A DNA stretch of 64,000 bases from Squalus acanthias. Lineage: Eukaryota. Made by a program: the position numbers and the translations under genes. The notes under the pieces are model-generated. The model saw nothing but the letters and a program-made list of their open reading frames with translations, made no database searches and was not told the DNA's origin. The DNA is taken from NCBI GenBank assembly GCA_030390025.1, contig CM059433.1, positions 3,596,001-3,660,000 of the forward strand. The letters run 5' to 3'. Each line of letters begins with the position of its first letter. Position 1 is the first letter of the stretch. Below, in pieces: positions 36,703 to 48,668 of this stretch.

Positions 36703-38264
36703 AAAGTGTCACAATCGCTGATCAGGATAATATTCATTTTAATAACTATTTTTATTTTTAACTGATACCGTTTTCCGGCACAAACACAATGGGCCGAATG
36801 GCCTCCTTCTGTGCCATAAACCTCTATGATTATATGATTTATACAGTCTAGAGGTATATTATATTCAAAAGCTTGTGTGGTCGAATGTATCTTAGTAGCC
36901 AAGGGGTTGTCTCACCTGATCAAACTAGCAACAGGTGGTGCAGGGAGCTAGCCATTGTTTGTCAACATCATTCAACGCTACAGCTTCAGAAATGGGGCTG
37001 AACTCACATCAGCTCCAATGAAGAGGCCAGTCAAAGGTTGATGAACCTCATCTTTAACCAAAAATGCATTAAAGATTTATGAAGACTCATTGGCCGGTGA
37101 TATTCCTCTCTATAGTACCTGCAAAACACTCATCTGCCAAGCACTACGGAAAGGAAAAGTGGTGGCGATCCATTACTTTGGGTTTCTGCCCCCTTTATAC
37201 TGCCTTGGCACCGGCCTAGTGTTAGAATGTTAATTTTCATCAGGCGATGACCGAAGATCATTGTCCACTTCCAGTGGTGCCCAAAGGAAGCCAGTGCTGA
37301 CCCATACTCTGGGCTCCCCACAGATCAGAGGCTCTGAGGTGGGCCAGCTACAACAAGGACAACACTAAAGGGCTATCCAATATTAAGATCATTAAAGCCT
37401 TGTTGTGGATTTTTTTTTAATTGTCTTCAAATTGTTATAACAATGCAATTTGTTCTCTGGACAGTAAAATTCTGTCACCTCAAAGTGACATGACTGAAAT
37501 ATTCAAGATTGTAAAAGGAATTGGTAATGTTGATCCAGGCAAATTTTTCAGCATTGCGAAGGGCTCACATACCAGGGACACAAATTAAATAGCCAGGGAG
37601 CAACTCTTCAATGGATGGTGGGCTGGAAGAATGGAATAAATTGTCAGAAATCTCACAGACTTTTGCAGATAGTTGAAGATTCAGCAAAGCCTGGACACAA
37701 CAGCCCAACCATACTGATTGTGGTCCTGTTCCCACTATCAACTGAATGCTGAAATTTGCTACTAATCGTGAAATTGATGGTCGTGGTGGAACATCTGTGA
37801 GAAGATTCCGTTTTCCACTCTGCTGAAATTCCCAATCTCAGCTGTTTCATTGGAGAGAGGCATCAAGCGGTTGAAAAAACAACGGGAAAATGGTCTCAGA
37901 GCCACCCTCAGAACACCTCGCTGACAGCCGCCCTGGGAGCAGCATTGACAAAGGCCTAGGCACAGGTTGCCTAACTGCTGTCTTGGCCAAAGCAGGTGCG
38001 TAACCCAGGGGTAGCAGAAAGGAAAGGAAAGCAGGTGAAACAGCCCCCGCAGCAGAAGTGAAAGCAATATTTTAAATAAGCTATGCCCCTTAAAAGAATT
38101 GAGAATATGAAAGCCCACATCAGTGATATTGAAATAAAGTAGAGCATTCTCAGTTAAGTTAATCATTCCAATTGTTCAATTTGAAATAAATACTGTATTT
38201 ATTGCAATGATGTTGGTGGTGCAGTAATGGGTTCCCCATGCAGCATCACTTCACTCTATATACG

Positions 38265-38394
38265 CGCTTGAGGGAAATAAACTTGCAGGGCTACGGGGAT
38301 AGAGCGGGGGAATGGGACTGACTGGATTGCTCTACAGAGAGCCGCACAGACTCAATGGGCCAAATGGCCTCCTTCAGTGTCGTTATGACTCTAT
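38265..38394 (+). mobile_element. CR1 3' UTR; its tail continues at 39275-39290
   Basis: Similar to 3560-3701; the (ATGACTCT)n tail is split by a MITE. Confidence 0.8.
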
Positions 38395-39274
38395 GGGGGA
38401 AAAATTCAGTTGGTTGCTTTAAGAGGGCGCTAATGGGGCGCAAAGCAACTAGCGCCCGGGCGCGGTGACGTTTGCGCCGCTCGCGAAATTAACTAGACAT
38501 TTTGCGGCGGCGCTAAACAGTACCACCACGATCTCCTGCGCCGGCAGATCGTGACGTCAGTCAAGTGCTCAACGCCCCGGTAGCGCCCCGGAGCGGATAT
38601 TGAGTGGCGCCCCCTGCCTTACCGCCTGCCGCTAGCAACGACAGGTTGAGGGGAGCGTTTTACAGTCAGGAAGGGACTGGGGGAGCGCTATTTAAAGGCC
38701 ACCGCTTCCTGCCTTTTTTTGTTGGCGACATTTTTGAACCACGCATTCTGAGAGAGAGAGAGAGAGAGATTTCTGGAGAGATTCAACGCTGTGTGAAGGA
38801 GTTTTGGGTACTGAGCAGCACTTTGCAGGTTCATTTTGATTTGCCCTTCCTTGTATCGATTTAGAAGAGACTATGGGGGCTGCACTCTGAGCTCTTTCCC
38901 TGGGCCTCTCCATTGTTCTTTCCAGCAGATTTGATGTGCAGGTCTCTCCAGGCCGAGATTCAAGGCTGCAATGAGCAGTATGTGGATGGAGAGCAAGATC
39001 AACCCTTCCCTTTAAGAACTGGCCGGGGCCATTGTGTCTGTGTTCCATTGCTGACTGACATCACATGAGCTTCGCCAGCGCTCTGAGTTAGCGCCTCGCT
39101 CTTCGGCCTTTGCGCCTTAAGACAGATGTGTAGCGCCTGATTTAGCGCTCCAATCACCTCCAGGGGCGATAAAAGTCAAGTTTGCAGTCGGAGGCAATAA
39201 TTAGCGCCAGGCGCTAATCTTTGCGCCCGGCCGATAATTGCGCCCCAAACGGGGCGATACTGAATATTTCCCCC
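38395..39274. mobile_element. Harbinger-type MITE family B
   Basis: TIRs GGGGGAAAAATTCAGT / ACTGAATATTTCCCCC, TAT TSD and many subterminal TAGCGCC/GGCGCTA motifs. Confidence 0.9.
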
Positions 39275-39580
39275 TATGACTCTGACTCTAAATGTGCCAT
39301 TTTAGACAATGATTTCAAATCACATGAATTCAGCTGATTTTGCCATGGCAATGAGTTTTGTGAGACACCATCTTATACAGAGAGCACGATGACCTTAACA
39401 ACTCATTCCATTGTCATCTTAGCTCTAATGTAAACTAAGGCAACAATACAAACTTATCATTGTAAAAAGTAGCATTGCAGCAGAAACAGTGCCTGCTGTC
39501 AGATTGACCTGTCATAGAGGTCAACAGGATGCAATGGAGTTGTTACTGTCGCAAGAATGTAACCTATCAAAAGCCAAGTA

Positions 39581-39986
39581 CAGGAAACTCTTTATTAACC
39601 GGCACCGATGGGACCGGCGTGGTGCCGGTTTATCGAAAGTACCGGATAACGGAGAGTTATATCTACCGAGGCTATTTTTAACAAAGAAAAATAAATAAAT
39701 CAAGAAATGTGCAGTATACTTCCGACAGCGCCAGGAGGCCGAGTAGTGGCACTTTTGAAAACTACCCCTACTGACTAAAACGCCGTTTGCGGACTCGGAC
39801 TCGGACTCGGGATCGGCAACATTGCCGGTTATTTGAGAGGAGTTTTCGGAGTACTCGGCGTTCGCGGAGACTCAACTGCGACTCGGTAACATTGCCGGTT
39901 ATTTGAGAGGAGTTTTCGGAGGATGATTTTTGCCAGTTAAGTGAGAATTCCGGATATTTGGGTGCCGGATAAACAAAAGTTTCCTG
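39581..39986. mobile_element. Tc1/mariner-type MITE, second copy
   Basis: Same ends as 7906-8268, TA TSD, internal tandem duplications. Confidence 0.88.
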
Positions 39987-41197
39987 TACCAATGAGAGAG
40001 CGCTGGCTCTTTAAGATTAAGCATACAGGGGATGAAATTCAACTTTGGTGGAGGCGTAAGATAATTGGTGCCGAGTCGACCGCCCGAGGCAAAGGAAAAT
40101 TGGGTGGGGTGATTCACTACCGCCCGTTCAGTGCCCCCGCTGAAGTTGCTTGATCTTGGCTGGAAAGTTGTTAGTGGTAACTTACATGGCACTGGGGGCT
40201 GTTGAGTGCAATATTTAAAGCAATGAGGACAGCATGAGAGATGAAGGCAGGACACTTGCCAACCTAGAAAACTAGCAAAAGCTAGCAAGCAACTTCAGAA
40301 AAGCTGATGCAGCCACCAAATGGCTGACAATTCAAGAACTGTCCTGATTGTAAGCCTATGATATGTGAAAGCAGATAGCTGCATGGGCTTGTAATTTAAA
40401 CTTCACTTTTATTGGAAGAAATCAACATAAGTACATGAAAGCCTGAAGGGTAAAAAAGGTTGAAGGCACAAAATTAATGGCGTAATTCTGTGGAGATTGG
40501 GACATGGTCCCCTAAATCTTTTTCAATCTTTACAGCTCAAGTGTAAATCTTTGGACTTCAATGTAGGGGGCATGATTAAGAAGTTTGCAAACGATACAAA
40601 AATTGGCCGTGTGGTTGATCGTGAGGAAGAAAGCTACAGACTGCAGGAAGATATCAATGGACTGGTCCGGTGGGCAGAAAAGTAGCAAATGGAATTCAAT
40701 CCGAAGAAGTGTGAGGTAATGCATTTGGGGAGGGCTAACGAGGCAAGGGAATACACAATAAATGGTAGAATACTGAGAAGCGTAGAGGAACAGAGGGAAC
40801 TTGGAGTGCAAGTCCACAGATCCCTGAAGGTAGCAGGACAGGTAGATAAGAAGGCATACGGGATACTTTCCTTTATTAGCCGAGACATAGAATATAAGAG
40901 CAGGGAGGTTATGCTTGAACTGTATAAAACACTAGTTAGGCCTCAGCTAGAGTACCACGTACAGTTCTGGTCACCACATTACAGGAAGGATGTAATTGCA
41001 CTAGAGAGGGTACAGAAGAGATTTATGAGGCTGTTGCCAGGACTGGAGAATTTTAGCTATGAGGAAATATTGGGCAGGTTGGGATTGTTTTCTTTGGAAC
41101 AGAGGAGGCTGAAGGGAGATTTAATTTAGGTGTATAAAATTATGAGGAGCCTAGATAGAGTGGATAGGAAGGACATATTTCCCTTCGCAAGAGGTCA

Positions 41198-42946
41198 ATG
41201 ACAGAGAAATTAAATAAATACTTTGTTTCTGTCTTCACAGAGGAAGACACAAAAAACCTCCCAGAAATATGAGAAAACCAAGGGTGTGGCGAGAATGAGG
41301 AACTTAAAGAAATTATTATTAGTAAAAAAACAGTACTAGCAAAATTAATGGGACTAAAAGTCGATAAATCCCAAGGGCCGGATGACCTACATCCTAGGGT
41401 TTTGAAAGAGGTTGCCATTGGGATAGTGGACGCATTGGTTGTCATCTTCCAAAATTCTATAGATTCTGGAACGGTTCCTGCAGATTGGAGGATAGCAAAT
41501 GTAACCCCGCTATTTAAGAAAGGAGGGAGAGAGAAAACGGGGAAATACAGACCTGTTAGCCTCACATCAGTAGTTGGGAAAATGCTGGAATCTATTATAA
41601 AGGATGCAATAACTGGGCACTTAGAAACTAATAGTAAGATTGGGCAGAGTCAACATGGATTTATGAAAGGGAAATCCTGTTTGACAAACCTATTGGAGTT
41701 CTTTGAGGATGTAACTAGTGGAGTAGACAAAGGGGAACCGGTAGATGTGGTGTATCTGGATTTTCAGAAGGCCTTCGATAAGGTCCCACACAAGAGGTTG
41801 GTGAACAAAATTAGGCACATGGAATTGGGGGTAATATACTAGCATGGATTGAGAATTGGTTAACAGACAGAAAACAAAGAGTAGGGATAAACGGGTCTTT
41901 TTCAGGATGGCAGGCTGTAACTAGTGGGGTACCGCAAGGATCGGTGCTTGGGCCCCAGCTATTCACAATCTATATCAATGATTTGGATGAGGGGACTAAA
42001 TGTAACATTTCCAAATTTGCTGATGACACAAAGCTAGGTGGCAGTGTCAGTTGCGAAGAGGATGTGAAGAGGCTTCAAGGGGATCTCGACAGGCTCAGTG
42101 AGTGGGCGAGAACATGGCAGATGGAATATAATGTGGATAAATGTGAAGTTATCCACTTTGGTAGAAAAAACAGAAAGACAGAGTATTTCCTAAATGGTGA
42201 ATGATTGGGGAATGCAGATGCTCAAAGGGACCTGGGTGTCCTTGTACATGAGTCACTGAAAGTGAATGTGCAGGTGCAGCAAGCCATTAGGAAGGCAAAT
42301 GGTATGCTGGCCTTCATTACAAGAGGATTTGAGTACAGGAGTAAAGAAGTCTTACTCCAATTATATAGGGCCTTGGTGAGACCACACCTGGAGTACTGTG
42401 TACTATTTTGGTCTCCTTACCTAAGGAAGGATATTCTTGCCATAGAGGGAGTGCAATGAGGTTCACGAGATTGATTCCTGGGATGGTGGGACTGTCGTAT
42501 GAGAAGAGATTGAGTAAACTAGGCCTGTATTCTCTTCAATTCAGAAGAATGAGAGGGGATCTCATTGAAGCATACAAAATTATTACAGGGCTTGATAGGG
42601 TGGATGCTGGGAGAATGTTTCCCTTGGCTGGGGAGTCTAGAGCCAGGGGCCACAGCCTTAGGATAAAGGGTAGGCCATTCAGGACTGAGATGAGAAGAAA
42701 TTTCTTCACACAGAGGGTGGTGAATCTTTGGAATTCTCTACCCCAGAGGGCTGTGGAGGCTCAGTCATTGGGTATTATCAAAACAGAATTCGATAGATTT
42801 CTGACTAGTAAAGGTATCAAGGGATATGGCGATAGGGCCGGTGAATGGAGTTGAGGCAAAAGATCAGCCATGATCTCATTGAATGGTGGAGCAGGCTCGA
42901 AGGGCTGAATGGCCGACTCCTGCTCCTATTTCTAATGTTCTTATGT
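41198..42946 (+). mobile_element. CR1 LINE spanning the RT domain, with stops and frameshifts
   Basis: LHPRVLKE, YRPVSLTS, QHGFMKGKSC, DFQKAFDKVPH, GVPQGSVLGP and KFADD motifs, then a TTCTTATG tail. Confidence 0.95.
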
Positions 42947-43138
42947 AATCAGGGGCATAGATTTAAAGTAATTGGTAGAAGGATTAGAGGGGATTTGAGG
43001 AGAACTTTTTTCACCCAGAGGGTGGTGGGGGTCTGGAGCTCACTGCCTGAAAGGGTGGAGAGGCAGAAACGCTCATCACATTTAAAAAGTACTTGGATAT
43101 ACACTTGAAGTGCTGCAACCTACGAGGCTATGGACCAA

Positions 43139-43275
43139 GGGGGAAAAATTGGGTATCGCCCATTTTGGGTCGCTAATATTGGCCGGGTGCAAAGTTTAGC
43201 GCCCGGCTCTAATTATCACCTCAGGCTGCCCCCGGAGGCGATGTCGGGAGGTGCTAACCAACGGAAATTTCCCAC
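43139..43275. mobile_element. 137-bp Harbinger mini-MITE
   Basis: Termini GGGGGAAAAATT / AAATTTCCCAC with a CAA TSD; removing it restores CR1 GGACCAAGAG. Confidence 0.82.
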
Positions 43276-43379
43276 CAAGAGTTGGAAAGTGGGATGAGGC
43301 TGGATAGCTCTTTTTCAGCTGGCACAGACACCATGGGGCGAATGGCCTTCCTCTGTGCCTTAAATTTTTATGATTCCAT

Positions 43380-44198
43380 GGGGGAAAAATTCGATGGGTT
43401 AGCGCCTCCCATTAGCACCTTCGAGGGGCGCTAGGAACTTAGCGTCCGAGCGCAGCGATTTTAGCGCCGCTCGCGAAATTGACCAGTCGTTTTGCGGCGG
43501 CGCTAAACACTACCGTCACGATCTTCTGCGCCCGCAGATCGTGACGTCTGTCGCACGTGCAATGCCCCGGACCGGATATTGAGTCGCGCCCCCTGCCTTA
43601 GCGCCTGCCGCTAGGAACGACAGGTAGAGGGGAGCGTTTTCAAGTCGGGAAGGGGCTGGGGGAGCGCTATTTAAAGGCGGGCACTTCCTGCCTTTTCTTG
43701 TCGGTGAAATTTTGGTACACACAGGTTGAGAGGGAGAGAGACGTCTGGAGAGATTTAACGCTGTCCTAAGGAGTTTTGGCCCTCAGCACCACTTTTGAGG
43801 TTCCTAAGTGCCGAGCTCTTTCCCTGGGCCTATCCATTAGTGCTTCCAACACAATTGCTTTCGAGGTCTCTCCAGGCCGAGATTCAAGGCTGCAATGAGC
43901 AGGGAGTGGCTGGCCAGCAAGATGGCCCCTCCCCTTTAAGAACTGGACGGCGCCAGTCTGTCTGGCTTCCATGGTAACGGACATCGCCTGAGCTTCGGTA
44001 GCGTTCTGAGGTAGCGCCTCGCTCCCCGACGTTACCACCTTAAGAGCGGTGTGTAGCGCCTGATTTAGCGCTCAAATCACCTCCAGGGGGCGATAGAGGC
44101 GAATTTTGCAGTCGGAGGTGATAAGTAGCGTCGGGCGCTAAACTTTGCGCCCGGCCGATATTAGCGCCCCAAAATGGGCGATACCCAATTTTTCCCCC
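43380..44198. mobile_element. Harbinger-type MITE family B
   Basis: GGGGGAAAAATT TIRs, flanks CAT/TAT inside a CR1 (ATTCTATG)n tail; homologous to 38395-39274. Confidence 0.9.
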
Positions 44199-44560
44199 TA
44201 TGATTCTATGAAGTGATGCATTTTAATTAATTGTAAGCCCTTTTATACTTCACTATTGACAGATTTTAACCAAAAAAAAGACCAAAGCAATGTGATGTTT
44301 GGATTTTCAACACTCCCAGCTTCTTGCCCCTTTCCTCTCCCTTTCATTGCTGTCTAATTCCCTCTCTTTCCCTCTCACTTAATTGTCTATGTCTAATGGA
44401 TTGGACCAGACCCTACTCCCTCAACATGCTCTTACCATTAATGGATGGGGTTCCAGCCAGTGTATACTGTAGGTGGGCAGTAGTTGGAATCCCTTCCATC
44501 AGCAACATTGACAGAATGGAGTCTGGTCTGGTTGGTCCATTAGTGGCAGGACTTGCGTAC

Positions 44561-45183
44561 GTGAGTGAGAAGTCGCACAACACCAGGTTATAGTCCAACA
44601 GCTTTATTTGGTGAAGTGAAGAAATGCCTATGGACACAGCATATATAATCAGAGAGCACTGCCAGACGACTACAGTTAATCTTTCTAACTGCCCTTTATC
44701 ACACCTCGGCAGAGAGACAATCACGGCAATCAAAGGTGTGGATGGTGTCCAACCAGGTCAGTCAGGAAGACATTACGTCAAAGACGATAGCAAAATACAA
44801 CAAAGACAATGAGGTGGGGTCACAAGGGGTCAAATGTGGCAGATGCTGCAGTCTGTATGGAAAACAAAAAACTTTAAACTTTTTTTGCTGGAAATCACAG
44901 CAGGTGTAGAGAACAAGCCAACGGCGACTCGAGTCTGGATGACTCTACGTCAGGTGGGGTTACATGTAGCGTGACATGAACCCAAGATCCCGGTTGAGGC
45001 CATCCTCATGGGTGCGGAACTTGGCTATCAGTTTCTGCTCGATGATTTTGCGTTGTCGTGTGTCTCGAAGGCCGCCTTGGAGAACGCTTACCCGAAGATC
45101 GGAGGCTGAATGTCCTTGACTGCTGAAGTGTTCCCGACTGGGAGGGAACACTCCTGCCTGGCGATTGTTGTGCGGTGTCCGTG
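44561..45183 (-). mobile_element. Penelope-like element: GIY-YIG endonuclease C-terminus plus 3' region
   Basis: HRTTIARQECSLPVG/EHFSSQGHSASDLRVSVLQGGLRDTRQRKIIEQKLIAKFRTHEDGLNRD. The 3' region is shared with 19700-20209. Confidence 0.88.
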
Positions 45184-46094
45184 GAGTACGTGAGGCATTG
45201 AGAGGAGAGGGACCCAGACCATGCTGATTTTTGTCAGTGAAACACAGACAGTTGGCCTGTATCTGGGAACGAGAGGCAGAGACAGTGAGAGATTGTGGAG
45301 CACTGAGGATAGAAGTAGACAGAAACATTTGGAAAAAGACAGCGAGAGAGACTTGACAATCAAGAAATGTTTAGGTTACTTTATACCGTGAAGAATGAAG
45401 GACAAAACAGACCCACAGAGACAGGTCTCGCTGTAGACTGGCGCCAGACTGATTTTAGGGGAGGAAGAAAGTAGAATATCATAAATATCAGCAATTAGTC
45501 CTAAACCAATTGGTGTCAGAGAATTTTTACACTGTCCCTTTAAATAGTACCTTTGTGCTTCGTTTTCTAATTGTCCTCTTTGTTGCAATCATACTGACTA
45601 CAAAATCTGCACTGACCCTCGTAAAGTTTAATTTCAATTAAAGTTGAAACCAGAACATTATTAATTCCTGATGGTTTTTTTTTTGGCTTGGCTGAATACA
45701 GGTCTCTAAATTTAAAAAAAAAAACCCTGAATGAACCTGACATCTGGTACTTTTCACTGCAGGAAGAGAAATGTTCACTCAGTATACCTGGGGAAATGTT
45801 TCAGTCCCTCGGCACGACATTAAGTGGGAGCAATCTGCTTCTGCTCGAAGGCTGGAATTCGCCCACTGAAAACAAAGATACTCATGTCTGTAGCAAACCT
45901 TTCGAGCAAGGCTAACTCATCAGGCCTATTCCAGCAAATGTTTTGTAATTGCTTCTATTCCCAGCACAACTGAACTTACACAAAAAGAAGCCACGGGCGA
46001 GCTAAAAATGGAAACTTTTTTAATACCAAATAAAATTAAATTTAACTTTATGTAAAAAGTCGTTGCTGCCCTCCTTGCATCTATTTTACCTTTT

Positions 46095-46487
46095 AAGAAC
46101 ATCAGAACATAAGAAATAGGAGCAGGAGTCGGCCATACGGCCCCTCGAGCCTGCTCCACCATTCAATAAGATCATGGCTGATCATCGACCTCAACTCCAC
46201 TTTCCTGAACTATCCCCATATCCCTCGATTCCCCAAGAGTCCAAAAATCTATCGATCTCTGTCTTGAATATACTCAACAACTCAGCATTCACAGCCCTCT
46301 GAGTGAAGAAATTCCTCCTCATCTCAGACTTAAATGGCCGACCCCTTATCCTGAGACTGTGTCCCCTAGTTCTAGACACTCCAGCCAGGGGAAACAACCT
46401 CTCAGCATCTACCCTGTCAATCCCCCTCAGAATCTTGTATGTTTCAATGATATCACCTCTCATTCTTCTAAACTCCAGAGAGTATAG
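46095..46487 (-). mobile_element. CR1 3' fragment
   Basis: LYSLEFRRMRGDIIETYKIL...; (AAGAACAT)-type tail on + strand. Confidence 0.9.
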
Positions 46488-46529
46488 GTCATTGGTAAAC
46501 CCATTGTTTTTAATATTCACATTTTTTGC

Positions 46530-47005
46530 TGCTTTAATTTGCTTTGCCTGTTATCCAGGCAGCTCCCATGATGTCTCCATTATGTGGCACTTCATGCATT
46601 ATTTGAAGACTCACACAGAATGAATGGACAGGTGCTGGAAGATGAATGCTATTCTCTGCGGCAATGAAGGATGATTCAACTAAGACATTTCCAAAAAAAA
46701 ACAGCTGCAGGATTTGAAGACATTGTGGCACTTGCCCCAACCTGTAGAGCCCGGCTCTGGGATGTAAAAGCAAAGATTCCACGGTTTGGACCACTTAGGC
46801 AAGGTGCTCTTCTGTAGCGCAACGAAGCTGTCCAAAATGACAGAGTGTTGCTGTGTGCTGCACAACTATGCAGTACCAAGAGGGGTAAGCATGCAGCAGG
46901 ACAAAGAGACGGCCCATAGTGTAGCAGTAGCCGAGGAGGAGATAGTCGGAGGTGCAGCCTGGAAGATTGATCCACCAGCACTCAGTAAGAACTGCTTCTG
47001 GTGAT
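46530..47005 (+). pseudogene. Old Harbinger transposase C-terminal (DDE) remnant
   Basis: ACYPGSSHDVSI, KQRFHGLDHLG and CCCVLHNYA match Harbinger motifs YPGSxHD, KxRFxCL and CCxLHN. Confidence 0.8.
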
Positions 47006-47476
47006 TTCCAAACACAGCCCTTGGACAAATATTGCAGATGAATGAAACATCAAACAGTGTTCCCAGGAACAAGGTTGAAGATTTGGCATTGGGACCTGCA
47101 GCCCATGAATTAAAATTAATGGACAGACAATCAGAGGCTGGTGTAGCACAATTTCCCAGGAGCACTGAAATGGAAAAATCTCCCATAGCAACAACAGCAA
47201 CTTTATTTATTTATATAGTGGCTTTAACGGAGTAAAACATCCCAAGGCGCTTCACAGGACTGTTGTAAGACATGTTGTACATTTCCAAATATTGCTGCTT
47301 AACTGCCATCTTACGCCTACATACTATTAGTTGTTACTTGAACATCCTTCCCAATAAAGAAGACTTTCTGCAGTAACGAGAAGTGCTGAAAATGTATCTG
47401 GGGATAATTACAGAACAAAGCACCTCTACACCTGCCACCAGACTTTCCCTTCGTGACCTATAAGGTGTGCGTCAAT

Positions 47477-47850
47477 AGCAAAATACTGCGGATGCTGGAA
47501 AGCTGAAATTACAGCAGAAAATGCTGGAAACACTCAGCAGCTCAGGCAGCATCGAGGAGAGAGAAACAGAGTTAACGTTTTGGGTCGAGGACCCTTTGTC
47601 AGAACTGGAATAACAGATTTTTAAGCAAGTGCAGGTGCAGGGAAAGGGAGGAGGGGAGGAAAGAACAAAAGGGAAGGTCTATGATAGGCTGGAAGGCAGG
47701 AGAGATTAAAAGACAAAAGGGCTGATGGTGCAAGGCAAAAGGAGATGGTAATGGGACAAGTTAAGAAACAAAAGATGACTCTAGATGAGGTGTGAATGGC
47801 AATGGCAGAATCAACAGCTGCCATGTGAAAAAAATAGGGAAAATAAAATA
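47477..47850 (-). mobile_element. Penelope family 2 3' fragment with a decayed hammerhead
   Basis: Homologous to 31909-32260; the core reads CUGACAA...CAAAAC. Confidence 0.82.
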
Positions 47851-47912
47851 AAGGGTAAACACGAGACCTTCACTTTGTTCTTTCCTGCGCTCCTCTAATT
47901 CTGCCCTCTTGA

Positions 47913-48668
47913 TCAGACAAGCAGTCTGACAATTTAGACACCGTGGAGGGGTCGAGAGAAGTGGTGGTGAGGTAGAGCTGGGTGTCGTCAGCGTACATGT
48001 GGAAACTGACGCTGTGTTTTCGGATGATGTCACCAAGGGGCAGCATGTAGATGAGAAATAGGAGGGGGCCAAGGATAGATTCTTGGGAGACTCCAGAGGT
48101 AACGATGTGGGAGCGGGAAGAGAAGCCGTTGCAGGTGATTCTCTGCCTACGATTAGAAAGATTAGAATGGAGTCAGGTGAGGGCAGTCCCACCCAGACGG
48201 TGGAGAGGCGCTGGAGAAGGATGGAGTGGTCAACCATGTCAAAAGCTACAGACAAGTCAAGAAGGACGAGGAGGGATAGTTTACCTTTGTCACAGTCACA
48301 AAGGATGTCATTTGTGACTTTGATGAGAGCCGTTTCGGTACTGTGGCAGGGGCGGAAACCTGATTGGAGGGATTCAAACATGGAGTTCCAGGAAAGATGA
48401 ACATGGATTTGGGAGGCGACAACACGTTCAAGGACTTTGGAGAGGAAAGGGAGGTTGGAGATGGGGCGGTGGTTTGCAAGGACGGAGGGATCAAGTTTGG
48501 TTTTTTGAGGAGAGGGGTGATGACGGCAGATTTGAGGGAGAGGGGGACAGTACCTGAGGAGAGAGAACCGTTAACAATGTCAGCTAACATGGGAGCCAGA
48601 AAAGGAAGTTGGGTGGTCAGCAGTTTGGTGGGAATAGGGTCGAGGGAGCGGGAGGTTGGTCTAATGGA
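47913..48668 (-). mobile_element. L2 LINE RT fragment
   Basis: LDPIPTKLL, QSGFRPCHSTETAL, LLDLSVAFDMVDH and FHMYADDTQLYL motifs. Confidence 0.92.

Larger units (their letters stand above)
40545..43379 (+). mobile_element. CR1 RT/3' fragment (40545-41197 plus 42947-43379), host to a second CR1 and a mini-MITE
   Basis: KFANDTK...YKTLVRPQLEY...DIFP then, after the insert, GHRFKVIGRRIRGDL and the 3' UTR. Confidence 0.88.
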
